From NCBI GenBank assembly GCA_963714015.1, contig OY970223.1:224001-288000 (forward strand): 64,000 bases of DNA. The letters are read 5' to 3'. This document shows, piece by piece, positions 44,328 to 54,168 of the stretch (its first letter is position 1; the number at the start of each line of letters is the position of its first letter). The position numbers and the translations under genes are program-made. Source of the stretch: Vulcanimicrobiota bacterium. Lineage in GTDB: Bacteria; Vulcanimicrobiota; Vulcanimicrobiia; Vulcanimicrobiales; Vulcanimicrobiaceae. The notes beneath the pieces are model-generated. The model was not told the DNA's origin and searched no databases. It saw nothing but the letters and a program-made list of their open reading frames with translations.

Positions 44328-46105
44328 GTGCTACGGAGAACCTTGGTACTGGCGGCAGCTCTGGCATCGTGCTGTTGGACGCAGTCGCAGGCCATGACGA
44401 TCGTCCGCGTCAGCGCGACAAAGGTCACATTCTACTACAACCGGTTTCTGCTGGAAGCCGATGGAAACGTCAAAGTAACGACCAGCGACGGAATGACGAT
44501 GACCGGCGACGCCTTCTCGATGGACCTGAAGCTGAATCGCTTTCTGCTCGCCGGACACGTGCACTTGCAGAATCCGTCGGGCTCACAAGACGGCGCGGCG
44601 CTTTCGGATTTTTTGGACTTTCAACGGATCTATTTCTTACCGATCACGGGCGAGCCGGATCGCTGGACTTTCCTGAACGGCGACTTTGCGCATCCGGCAA
44701 AAGGACGCACCATGCCGGGCGACGTCTTCGACTTTCCGGATTTGAGCGGTATGCGGCCGTACATTTACGGCAATCGTGCCGTCGTGGGAGAGCGTTCGTT
44801 TCTGCGCTTCGGCGGAAATAGAGCTCGACATCCTCAACGGTCTGGGCGCTTACGTTCCGACGCCTTCCTACTACGTCAACTTCTCGACGGATCAACACCT
44901 GGGAACCAACTCCCTGGCCGGCGCGAACTTCGACGCCACGTGGTCTCTGGCGGGAAATGCGAACTCGATCAGCGCGCTGCATTTTCGCTATGACACGATC
45001 AACAAAGCGTACCTGGCGTTCGAGCAGCACTTGAGCGGATCCAAAGCATACGCCGTTTTTTCACTGAACCCCATTACGCGTCCAAACAAGTTTTGGGATT
45101 TGATACTTTCGGACCAGCCATCGGACCGTTTTCAAGTCAAGACGTTCACCCAGATGAATACGTTCCAGCACGGTTTGGCGCAGCCGAGCGTCTCGTCTCA
45201 ATTTACCACGCTGCAAGCGACCCAGGCGCTCACCCAGTCGTTTTTGCAGTTGAATGCGGAGTTGGTAAATTACTCGATGCTGGCTAACGGGGGCTCTGCG
45301 GCGGCGGTTCCGAATTTTCCGGCCGTTCAGCATCCGACGTCGATAAGTCTGAGCGCAACGACGTTCAACCACCAGATCGCGCATCTGCCGCTGTACGAGC
45401 GGTTGAGCTACGGCTTCGGCCTTCAGCATAATTCCTACGGCCTGCAAACGCTGGGCGGCGTCGTCTATCCAACCATTTGGCAACACAACGTCGATCTGCA
45501 GGCATTTATTCCGCAGCTCAAACTCGGTGGAAACCCGATCATCACGAAGAATTACTACGTCAACTTTTCCGTTGAAAAGAACCGCCAGTGGAATTCTCTG
45601 CCCCACTACATCGACACGACGACGACCAACCTGAGCCTGAGCAAAACCTTCGACGCGCATTTTATGGGGTTTCTGAGCGAATCCATTTTGAATACGGGGG
45701 ACTACTACGGCGCGCTTCAGTCTGCGGTCTACCCATCGTATGTTCCCGTTGCGGGCGGCAATCCGTATCCGGGCTATGCAGCCTTTAACGGATTTGCGAC
45801 CCTCCGCACGCTTTCGCTCGATTTAACGTACACCAACAACGGAAACTTTTCGGCGTCGTTCCTCGCGCGCCAGCACCGCGACTTTCCCGCAGCATATCCG
45901 GGGCTAGCGCCGGTCTTCGAGACCAACGTCTTAGGGCAATCGACCGCGCCCTCGAGCCTATCTGGGCGAACCTCCGTACGACTTTACCGCCGACATCCGC
46001 GCCCGCGTCAACGACTACACGACGATCGATCTTTCGCGCTCCTACTTCTTCAACTTTGAAAACCACGGCTGGAGTCCCGAATTCGTAATTCAGGTGACGC
46101 AATGA
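44328..46105 (+). CDS. Secreted/outer-membrane hypothetical protein, LptD/OstA-like architecture; indels near 44821 and 45958
   Basis: Signal peptide; jellyroll-like LEADGNVKVT...MTGDAFSMDL; long amphipathic aromatic beta strands. The restored frame ends WSPEFVIQVTQ with an ATGA overlap onto the next gene. Confidence 0.55.
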
Positions 46106-46896
46106 TGCAGCGGATCCTCGCCGCCCTCTTACTCGCCGCGGGCACCGCCGGCGCGGCGGCTGTCGGGACTTCTACCGTCGTCACCGCGCAGATCCTCGAT
46201 TACGAGAAGGGATACATTTTCTTCACGACCGGCGACGGATTTCGCGTCGCCTCGAACGCGGCGATCGTGAACGGCACGCCGGCGGCGCGCGAGTATGCCC
46301 GGGTAACGTTCGATCCGTCCGGAACAGTGACGCGCATCGAGCTTTCACACGCGAAATTACCGGCCGAGGGCGATCTGGCGGCGGTTGCGCGATTCGCCGT
46401 GACGTTGTCGACGCCTGAGCCCAATCCGGATTTGGTGCAGTCGCCCAAACCGGGATACTGCGGCTCCGTTGAAGCGGGCCGGTATGTCACGGTCGTCGTC
46501 ACGGCACAGGTTCCTCCGACCACCGGCGCGACCGACACCGTGTACATGACGACGGATCAAAGCGGCTGGAACGCTCAAGCGTATCGTCTCGACCGCATCG
46601 ATGCGCTGCACTACCGAACGGTACTCAAACTCCCGTCCGGGACGGTGATGCACGTGCTGTTCGACCGAGGCTCGACGCAATCGATTCAAGTCGGCGAGAA
46701 CGGCATCGAGCAGAAACCGTATTTGCTGTGCGTCGGTGACGAGAACGCTCAGCTCTTTTCGCGTATCGTCTACCGCTGGGGCGACGAGCAAAGCGGAACG
46801 AGTCAAGGCATACCGCAAGCGCTGCCGACGCCATATAATCCCGCGCCCTTCCCGGGATTGCCGTCGCCTCCCGGTCTGCCGACTCCGCACCCGTAA
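46102..46896 (+). CDS. Secreted protein with a C-terminal CBM20-like domain
   Basis: Signal peptide; VTAQVPPTT..DTVYM..SGWN..RG..VYRWGD resembles the CBM20 starch-binding pattern; Pro-rich tail. Confidence 0.6.
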   Translation: MMQRILAALLLAAGTAGAAAVGTSTVVTAQILDYEKGYIFFTTGDGFRVASNAAIVNGTPAAREYARVTFDPSGTVTRIELSHAKLPAEGDLAAVARFAVTLSTPEPNPDLVQSPKPGYCGSVEAGRYVTVVVTAQVPPTTGATDTVYMTTDQSGWNAQAYRLDRIDALHYRTVLKLPSGTVMHVLFDRGSTQSIQVGENGIEQKPYLLCVGDENAQLFSRIVYRWGDEQSGTSQGIPQALPTPYNPAPFPGLPSPPGLPTPHP

Positions 46897-46947
46897 AGCC
46901 GGTCAAAGCCGTCCGGTTTTTTGCGATGACGGGGCACTCACCGCGCC

Positions 46948-48481
46948 GTGAACACTCGAGCGTCGCGTGGATTCACGCTTATCGAACTCGTCGTGGCCTT
47001 GGGCATCTTTGCGGTGTTCTGTCTTTTCGCGCTGAGGATCTGCTCGGGCGCGCTGCATTGGAGTCTGCTGCAGGCCTCTCGCGACAGCGACTCGGCTACG
47101 GCCGATGCATTGACGCAAGATTGGAATACCGACGCGGATAGTGCGTGGGCGATCTTTACGCCGCCGGCCGACGTAAACGGCAAATCGAACAGCGACCATC
47201 ACGAGTTGGATTTCTTTACGCGCGACGGCAAGAACCGTTCGTATTTCTGGTCCTACACGTATGACAAGAGCGCCCAGACGTTGACGCGCTTCCGGTACCC
47301 CGCCCCGGGCGGCGCGCCCTCGCAGGATGAAATCTTTACCGGCGTTACCGCCTTCACAGCGCAAACCTATCCGGTTACGGCGCTCGAAGACCCCACATCG
47401 CCGGTGTATTCACCGGCGTATTCGGACGCAGCGCTTCAAGCCGGAAGCGTTCGCTTTTATGCGAGTACCGCGCCGTGGGTCGCCGGCGGAAATCAGATTA
47501 CGTACGTTAATCTACAAACCGCCAGTCAAATCCGCCGCCTCGAACTCACCACGCAGACCGCGCCCAGCGGATTCACCGTCGTGCTGCAGTACACGCCGGC
47601 CCCTTCGGCAACGCCCGCGACGGGGCCGCTGGTAACGCTCGGCAAGATCGTCTTCGAGCCGGACAGCCTAGCCTACAATGAGCCCGCACAGCGGCTCGCG
47701 CGCGGCCTGAACGCAATACTCGGCGGCGCAGTCGCGGAGGCGGCCACCACTTGCAGTTACGCGCAGACTGTTTTTGCAAAACGGCAGCCCCGACGCAAAC
47801 AGCCAAGACGGGTTCAACGAAACCGACTCGAACGGATGCGTCACCAACGGCAGCGTCCGCCTCTGGGCATCTGAAGACTCATTACCCAGCGGGCGCGCCG
47901 TTTGGCGCAGCTCAATCCCGCAAGCGGCGGTTGCAGAAACTACGTCAATGTCAGCTCACAACTGTGGTACGCGGCTCAGTACAGCGTCCTGACTCCGGTT
48001 CAAAACACTCAAGGCTGTACCCTAATTGTCTATTCGCAAGACAAGACACCGGCAAACGGGGAGGCCGCGAATGTAGCAACCATCGTGAATACGTCGCCCT
48101 GCATCACGGGGATTACGTGCTATGCAGACTTCGTCGACACAACTGAAACTTACGTTATGAAGTGCAATGGCGGCGGAGTCGAGGGTCCGCCTTGTCCGTT
48201 TGGCGGCTCTTGGCTATGGAGGGATTCATATTCGCGCGATCAGTACGCAAGCACGGACGGCGGAGATAGCTGGAACGATCTTGGCCCGCAATATGACTGT
48301 GTAGGACCCCTGAGCTGGACGACTCTCGGTCCAGCACCTGGAGGAACGAGTCTGTAATCCCACTAGAGTTCAACAAGATTACGCGTACGAGGGCACACAA
48401 GACGCCTGGAAAAATATGCAAACCGGAAGGAGTAGTTCCAGCAGCAACTGGTCCCCGTCAAAACCACCGACGATTCCTTAG
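46948..48481 (+). CDS. Large prepilin-type protein with a Cys-rich C-terminal domain; four indels (about 47767, 47877, 47904, 48351)
   Basis: Class III signal RG|FTLIELVVALGIF. The restored frame ends ...SCNPTRVQQDYAY...KPPTIP* at 48481, 3 nt from the convergent gene. Confidence 0.7.
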
Positions 48482-48484
48482 TAA

Positions 48485-49354
48485 CTACGGCCAAGCCGAA
48501 GGCGGAGTTGGCGCCGGCATTGGGCCCCTTGGATCAACCATACCCTCATCCACGGCACCGTCATTAGGAGATATTTCAGATGCCCCAAACCAGACGAGGT
48601 TTCGGATCTCCCATATTCAGTCGAACTCAGAATAGTCGTTTTCAATCATGCTCTGACAACCCAAACCGGCCTGTCCGTTATAATTCGTTAGTGTTCCTCC
48701 TCCGCCAACTCCGCCGCCATTAATCTCTTGTTGCAAACCCATTCGATTGTTTTCGACCAGCCATTCGTCGCTGACGACGGGCGCGTAGTTTAGGGAATTT
48801 CGTTTAGAGTTTTCGAGGGCGAAACACGCCTGCTCGTTCGACGTGAGCGTCGTTAAGCGGAATTTGCCGCTTTGTTCGATGGGATTTGGTGTCGTGGAAG
48901 GGACGGGCGGCATCGTCGGCGCGACGAGTACTTGCGGCGATATGCTTGCACTAAGCGTAATCGCGTCGTGAATCGTCGGGCGATTGTCCGGATCGTTCGG
49001 CGAGTCCGAACCGATGATCAGCAAATACTTGCCGGCCGCCGGCGCCGAGATCGTGAATTTCCCTGAGGGGTCCGTCGTGGGCTGCGGCACCGGCGTTGCA
49101 CCTGCCGTCCACGGCGCGATTCCGACACGTATTCCCTGGAGAGGCGCGCCTGTTTCATGATCTACCAGCTCGCCCGTTGCCGTAAATCTTTCGCCGGAAG
49201 ACGTGGGCGTCGCGGACGGCGTGGCCGTCGGCGGGGGCGCTGCTCCGCTGGTTCCCGATCCTCCGCCGCATGCGGTAAGTAAGGCGCCGGCGCCGAGTGC
49301 GGCGGCGCAGATGTTCAAAATTTTCACTTCGTGCCTTTGCTGACGAGTACCCAC
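48485..49354 (-). CDS. Lipoprotein with a carboxypeptidase-regulatory-like beta-sandwich and a CAP-like helix region; apparent stop at 48617 is probably an artefact
   Basis: Lipobox LTAC, PT-rich linker, GELVDHETGAPL, TTDPSGKF. The frame continues 44 codons past TGA 48617 to ...DPRGPMPAPTPPSAWP*. Confidence 0.65.
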
Positions 49355-49442
49355 ACCGGGACAACGTCTCCGATTATCCGCAAACGTACGGCGCTCGTCT
49401 ACTGCGCTTTCGGTTCTTTACACGAAGTTTAGATTTCTTTCG

Positions 49443-49862
49443 CTAACGAATCGAAACGGTAACGGGGCGCTGCGCGGAAACGCCGAGCGCATTCGATGCC
49501 ACGATTTGGGCGGTGTAGGTGCCGTCCAGGAAAAACGGGATATGCGGCAGCTGGTAGCTGATCGCGAAAATTCCGGGACTGCTTTGCGGAATCTGTGCGG
49601 CGCGCCCTTCGAAGTGCAGTTGTACGCTTGAAACGTTCGTCGACGTAACCACTGTTCCGGTAATGGTTTCACCGCTGTGAAAGACGGGGTCGCTGAGTTG
49701 TACGGCCAGGATTTGCGGCGGCGCATCGCTCGGGAGAACGAGCGGCGTGGGCAGCGCACCGGAGACCGCCGCCTGAGATACCGCCGGCGAAGGAGCATGC
49801 GGTGCGCACGCACCCAGCGTCGAGGCGGCAGCGAAAGCTAAGCAAAAAGCAATACGATTCAT
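49443..49862 (-). CDS. Hypothetical lipoprotein with an Ig-like domain
   Basis: Lipobox LGAC; shares PQI...HSG...TSTNV...PFF...TYT with the upstream gene. Confidence 0.75.
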   Translation of the reverse strand: MNRIAFCLAFAAASTLGACAPHAPSPAVSQAAVSGALPTPLVLPSDAPPQILAVQLSDPVFHSGETITGTVVTSTNVSSVQLHFEGRAAQIPQSSPGIFAISYQLPHIPFFLDGTYTAQIVASNALGVSAQRPVTVSIR

Positions 49863-49863
49863 C

Positions 49864-50532
49864 TCATCTCACCGTTATCGGGAACGTGGTCGACACCGCT
49901 TCTCCTCGCGTGTTGCGCGCAATGACGACGACCGTGTACGTTTTTCGGAAAAAGAACGGCAACCACGGCACGCGATAGGTCAAAGCGAATTTGCCGGCCG
50001 AAACTTTGTGGAGGCTCGAGGAATAGCCGCCGATTCGCGCTTCGACGCTCGCAACGTTGGTCGACGTTTCCACGCTTCCGGAAACCATTTGTCCGCTGTG
50101 CACCGTAGCCGTGCTTATCGACATACTGACGATCTGCGGCGCCGAATTGGATGACTTCACGATCGGGGGCGGAGGCACGTAAGCGGCTTCGGCCCTCGCC
50201 GAGTACGCCGGAATCGAGGTTGCGCCCGGTGCGAGCGGTTCCGCGCTCGGCGTAGAAACGGCGCCCGTTCCCGATCCGTGCACGACCTGCGGGCCTGCGG
50301 CGCTGCCGGAGTTCTGCGAGACGACGTAAACGACGGGCTTGGACGAGGGCGCGTTCGACGGTGCGAGCGAAGGCGCAGCCGCAGCGCTCGCCGATGGCGA
50401 GGGCGACAATGTCGATACGCCGTGCGGCGCGGGTCGAGGGGTGTGATTTCGGGCAAACCATGCGTACGCGCCCGCGGCGATCAACAGCACGGCCGCGCCC
50501 GCCCGCGCGGCGATTTTTTGGGAACGGGTCAT
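49864..50532 (-). CDS. Membrane-anchored Pro/Ser/Ala-rich protein with the same Ig-like C-terminal domain
   Basis: Start at ATG 50532 (MTRSQKI); TM anchor, low-complexity linker, paralogous domain. Confidence 0.75.
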   Translation of the reverse strand: MTRSQKIAARAGAAVLLIAAGAYAWFARNHTPRPAPHGVSTLSPSPSASAAAAPSLAPSNAPSSKPVVYVVSQNSGSAAGPQVVHGSGTGAVSTPSAEPLAPGATSIPAYSARAEAAYVPPPPIVKSSNSAPQIVSMSISTATVHSGQMVSGSVETSTNVASVEARIGGYSSSLHKVSAGKFALTYRVPWLPFFFRKTYTVVVIARNTRGEAVSTTFPITVR

Positions 50533-50620
50533 CCTTACCAGCGCATAACGTGCCGGGCAAGGCGCGACGTTCCCTTCTGCGAGAGGCCCGGCGCTCGATG
50601 CGCGGCGAACGAGGGCGCCC

Positions 50621-51565
50621 ATGGCCGTTACGCTCAGCGTCGTCATTCCGCTTTACAACGAAGAAGGCAACGTTGCGCCGCTGCTGGATCGCGTAATCGG
50701 CATACTCGATCGTTTGCCCGGCAAACCCACGCATGAAATCGTCCTAGTGAACGACGGAAGCTCGGACGGAACGCTCGCCGCGATTCGCGAGCAGATGCAG
50801 CACCGGCACAATCTGGTGCTCGTCAATCTCTCGCGCAACTTCGGTCACCAGCTGGCGGCGACGGCCGGACTGGACGTCTCGCAGGGGGACGCCGTCGTGT
50901 TAATGGACGGCGATCTTCAAGATCCTCCGGAATTGATCGCGGCCTTTTTGGAGCGCTGGCGAGAAGGGTCCGACGTCGTGTATGCGATTCGCCGTACGCG
51001 CAAAGGCGAGAGCAAATTCAAACTGTTCACCGCCGGACTCTTCTATCGGACCATCAAGCGCCTAACGAACGTCGCCATTCCGGTCGACACGGGCGATTTT
51101 CGGTTGATGAGCCGGCGCGTTGTGGATACGCTCAAACATTCCCGCGAGCGGCACCGCTTTCTGCGCGGCATGGTCAGCTGGGTCGGCTACAACCAGATCG
51201 GCGTCGAGTACGATCGCGACGAACGCTACTCCGGCACGACCAAGTATCCGCTGAGCAAGATGCTCACGTTTGCCATCGACGGCATAACATCGTTTTCGGA
51301 CGTGCCGCTGCGATTCGCCTCGTACCTCGGCTTCACCGTGAGCACCGCCGCGTTCATCTATGCGATCGTCATCATTCTCTTCAAAGCGTTCCATTGGGGC
51401 ACGCCGGAGTACGCGCGCGGTTGGGCGTCCACGATGGTGGCCATTCTGTTCTTGGGCGGCGTACAACTGATCGGCATCGGTATTTTGGGCGAGTACATCG
51501 GCCGAATCTACGACGAGGTCAAAGCTCGGCCGCTTTACATCATTGCCGACGTGGAACGCTCGTAG
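50621..51565 (+). CDS. GT2 polyprenyl-phosphate glycosyltransferase (GtrB/YkcC-like)
   Basis: VIPLYNEE, NDGSSD, SRNFGHQ, DGDLQDPP, TGDFRLM; two C-terminal TMs; GEYIGRIY. Confidence 0.93.
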   Translation: MAVTLSVVIPLYNEEGNVAPLLDRVIGILDRLPGKPTHEIVLVNDGSSDGTLAAIREQMQHRHNLVLVNLSRNFGHQLAATAGLDVSQGDAVVLMDGDLQDPPELIAAFLERWREGSDVVYAIRRTRKGESKFKLFTAGLFYRTIKRLTNVAIPVDTGDFRLMSRRVVDTLKHSRERHRFLRGMVSWVGYNQIGVEYDRDERYSGTTKYPLSKMLTFAIDGITSFSDVPLRFASYLGFTVSTAAFIYAIVIILFKAFHWGTPEYARGWASTMVAILFLGGVQLIGIGILGEYIGRIYDEVKARPLYIIADVERS

Positions 51566-52801
51566 ATTAAGGGCCGCGCAGCGGGCGGTTCCGGCGCGAT
51601 TGCGAAGGCGTTTTCCAATCCGCGCGCATCGGCTCGCGCGCGTCCGTAAGCGAACACCAGAGGCCGGCCCTTCTCGACAAAATCCCGAACTCGTACCATG
51701 ACCCGCAAGCCGCCCGTCGGTTCGCCTTGCGAAAGTTTTCGCCCCAGGTTGCCCAGCCGGACGACGTCGATCGTTTCGATGAAACCGCTTACAGGCGCGT
51801 CGATGCGTAAGCCTTCGCCGGTCTGCATGCTCTCCATCGCGTCAACGTCGCCGCCTTGCGCCGCGATCATCTCGGTGAACTTTTTGTAGGCACGTCCGGA
51901 CTCGAGCGCGTCGCGCACCCGCGTCTCGGCACCATCGATCTGCCCGCTCGTAACCATTGCTGCAGCGATCGTCCTTACCAGATCCAGCGGCACGCGGATC
52001 GCTCCCGCCGCGAAGGAAATCGCGCGCCTCCATGACTTCGATTCCGGTGCCGATGCAGCGTCCCAGCGGTTCGTTCATGTCGGTGACAAACGTCTGCGCG
52101 CGCTTACCGAATCGCGATGAAACCTCGACCAGCATCGCCGCTAGTTCGGCGGCCTGCAGCACCTCGCGCATGAACGATGCCGCGCCCGTCTTTACGTCGA
52201 AGACGAATGCCTCGGCACCGCCCGCTACTTTTTTCGACACGATTGAAGAAACAATCAGCCCCACGGCGGGAACCGTCGCAGTACGGTCGCGCAAGCCGTA
52301 AAGGCGTTTGTCCGCCGGAACCAGCCGATCGCTTTGCGCCGCAATCGCGCAGCCAATCCGCTCGACCGTTTGCACGAACCGTTCCGAAGTGAGATTGACG
52401 TCGAACCCCGGAATCGCTTCGAGTTTGTCGATCGTGCCCCCGGTATGGCCGAGCGCGCGGCCGGAGAGTTTGGCAACCTTGGCTCCGCAGGCCGCCGCGA
52501 GCGGAACAGCGGCTAGCGAAACGATGTCGCTAACGCCGCCGCTGCTATGCTTATCGACGATGACTCCGGCAGCGCGATCGAATTGAAGAACTTCTCCGCT
52601 TTCGACCATCGCTGCCGTAAGCTCGTACGTTTCGTCGATCGACATTCCGCGCAGTACGCACGCCATGAAAAGCGCCGCCATCTGCGCGTCGTCTACGTCC
52701 GTCGACATGTACGACGCAACCAGCTGCCGCCAGCCGCCTGCGGGAATCTCGCCGCCGTCACGCTTCAGTTCGATAAAAGCGCGGACCGCCGATTCATCCA
52801 T
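51535..52801 (-). CDS. pdp: Pyrimidine-nucleoside/thymidine phosphorylase, split by a 1-nt insertion near 51988
   Basis: DKHSSGGV, KLSGRALGHTGGTIDKLE, VPADKRLYGLRD, DVKTG; C-terminal domain in 51535-51993. Confidence 0.9.
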
Positions 52802-52842
52802 CTCGGCCGGGGTTCGTCCCGCCTAGCGGCGAAGCCCGCCCG

Positions 52843-54168
52843 GTGATTTTCGGCCATCCGGTCATCAACGCCGTGCCGGTCTATCCTCCCGTCGACCCGC
52901 TGGCACTCGTCGTTTACGTTACGGTATTCGTAAGCGTTTCGCTCGTAACGACGCGCCAGCCGGCATACGGCGTATGCGCGCTCATTCTGCTCGAGCCGTT
53001 CGCGTTCTATCACCAAGCGTTCGATACGACCGTTACGGTTCCCAAAGTCGCATTGCTGGGCGTTTTGCTCGGAGTCTCCGTCTATCCCAACGCGCTCGCG
53101 CCGCTGCTTTCAAAAACGGCGTCGCGCGTGTTCACTGCCGGACTTCTGGTCTTGGCCGCGACGCTGCTTTCGCTCGCTCACGCAGCCTACCATGCACCGG
53201 TCATTCGCGAGTCATTGAAGACCGTTGAATATCTTCTCATCTTTTGTGCGGTCATTGCGGCTTACCGGCTGGATCCCGACCGCAGAAGCATTCGCATCGC
53301 CGTGATCTGGGCCGCCATTGCCGTTGCGATACTCGCATTGGGACAAGAGCTCGTCGGCGCTCCTTCGGGATTGTGGATCAACGGGCACGAAGTTCCGCGC
53401 ATTGCCGGACCGCTGGAAGGCCCCAACCAACTCGCCGGCTATCTCGACGTTGCACTTCCTTTGACGTTGGCGCTGGCTATGGACCAGCCGGACGCCTTGT
53501 CCGCGGCCGGCCTGTTTTTCATCGCCTTTGCGGATTTCCTCACGTTTTCGCGCGGCGGCCTGATCGCCGGCGCGATCGCCTGCGTCGTCGTCGCGTGGAT
53601 CTTGCGCCGTCCGCTGCTGCTGTGGATCAAACCGCTAGCCGGCGGGTTGTTCGCCGGGTTGCTCGTCGTTGCCGCATGGGTGCTGCAGTTGCACTTGGGC
53701 GGCCTTTGGCCGGTCTTTCGAGTCGACGACGTCGAATCGACCTACGGCGGCGGCGTCGGCACGCGCTCGGAACTCTGGCATGCGGCGATCGCGCTTTGGA
53801 AGACGCACAAGATCTTCGGAATCGGCGCCGGCAACTTCGAACTCGAGATTCCGCTGACCGGCCTGAAGGGTGTGCGCACGCACGCGAATAGTCTCTACTT
53901 GCAGTCGCTCGTCGAAGGCGGAATCCCGCTCTTTGCCGCGACGCTGTGGCTGACGTACACATCCATCGCCGCGTTCGTTCGCGAACGCGCGTGCTCGCCG
54001 TTCGTCGCGGCCGCGATTGCCGGCAGCGTAGCATTGATGCTGCATCAGATCATCGATTTTCTGACTTTTTATCCAAAAGTCGGCGCCGAATGGTGGATCC
54101 TGCTCGCGCTCGCGGCGGCGGAGCTCGCGGTCCCCGCAACGTATTTGCAAAAGACCGCGTGCGCTTAG
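52843..54168 (+). CDS. O-antigen ligase (WaaL/Wzy_C) family protein
   Basis: RIAGPLEGPNQLAGYL, TFSRGG, R..LW..A, GIGAGNF, HANSLYLQ. Confidence 0.88.
   Translation: MIFGHPVINAVPVYPPVDPLALVVYVTVFVSVSLVTTRQPAYGVCALILLEPFAFYHQAFDTTVTVPKVALLGVLLGVSVYPNALAPLLSKTASRVFTAGLLVLAATLLSLAHAAYHAPVIRESLKTVEYLLIFCAVIAAYRLDPDRRSIRIAVIWAAIAVAILALGQELVGAPSGLWINGHEVPRIAGPLEGPNQLAGYLDVALPLTLALAMDQPDALSAAGLFFIAFADFLTFSRGGLIAGAIACVVVAWILRRPLLLWIKPLAGGLFAGLLVVAAWVLQLHLGGLWPVFRVDDVESTYGGGVGTRSELWHAAIALWKTHKIFGIGAGNFELEIPLTGLKGVRTHANSLYLQSLVEGGIPLFAATLWLTYTSIAAFVRERACSPFVAAAIAGSVALMLHQIIDFLTFYPKVGAEWWILLALAAAELAVPATYLQKTACA

Noticed and set aside
48485..48620. In-frame TGA at 48617 as selenocysteine or stop readthrough
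   Set aside because: No redox motif or evident SECIS hairpin; two compensating indels give a plausible FELNMGDPNLVWF and restore an AGCT.
46948..49354. Diversity-generating retroelement or shufflon acting on the pilin tip
   Set aside because: No reverse transcriptase, recombinase, template/variable repeat pair or inverted crossover sites are visible in the window.
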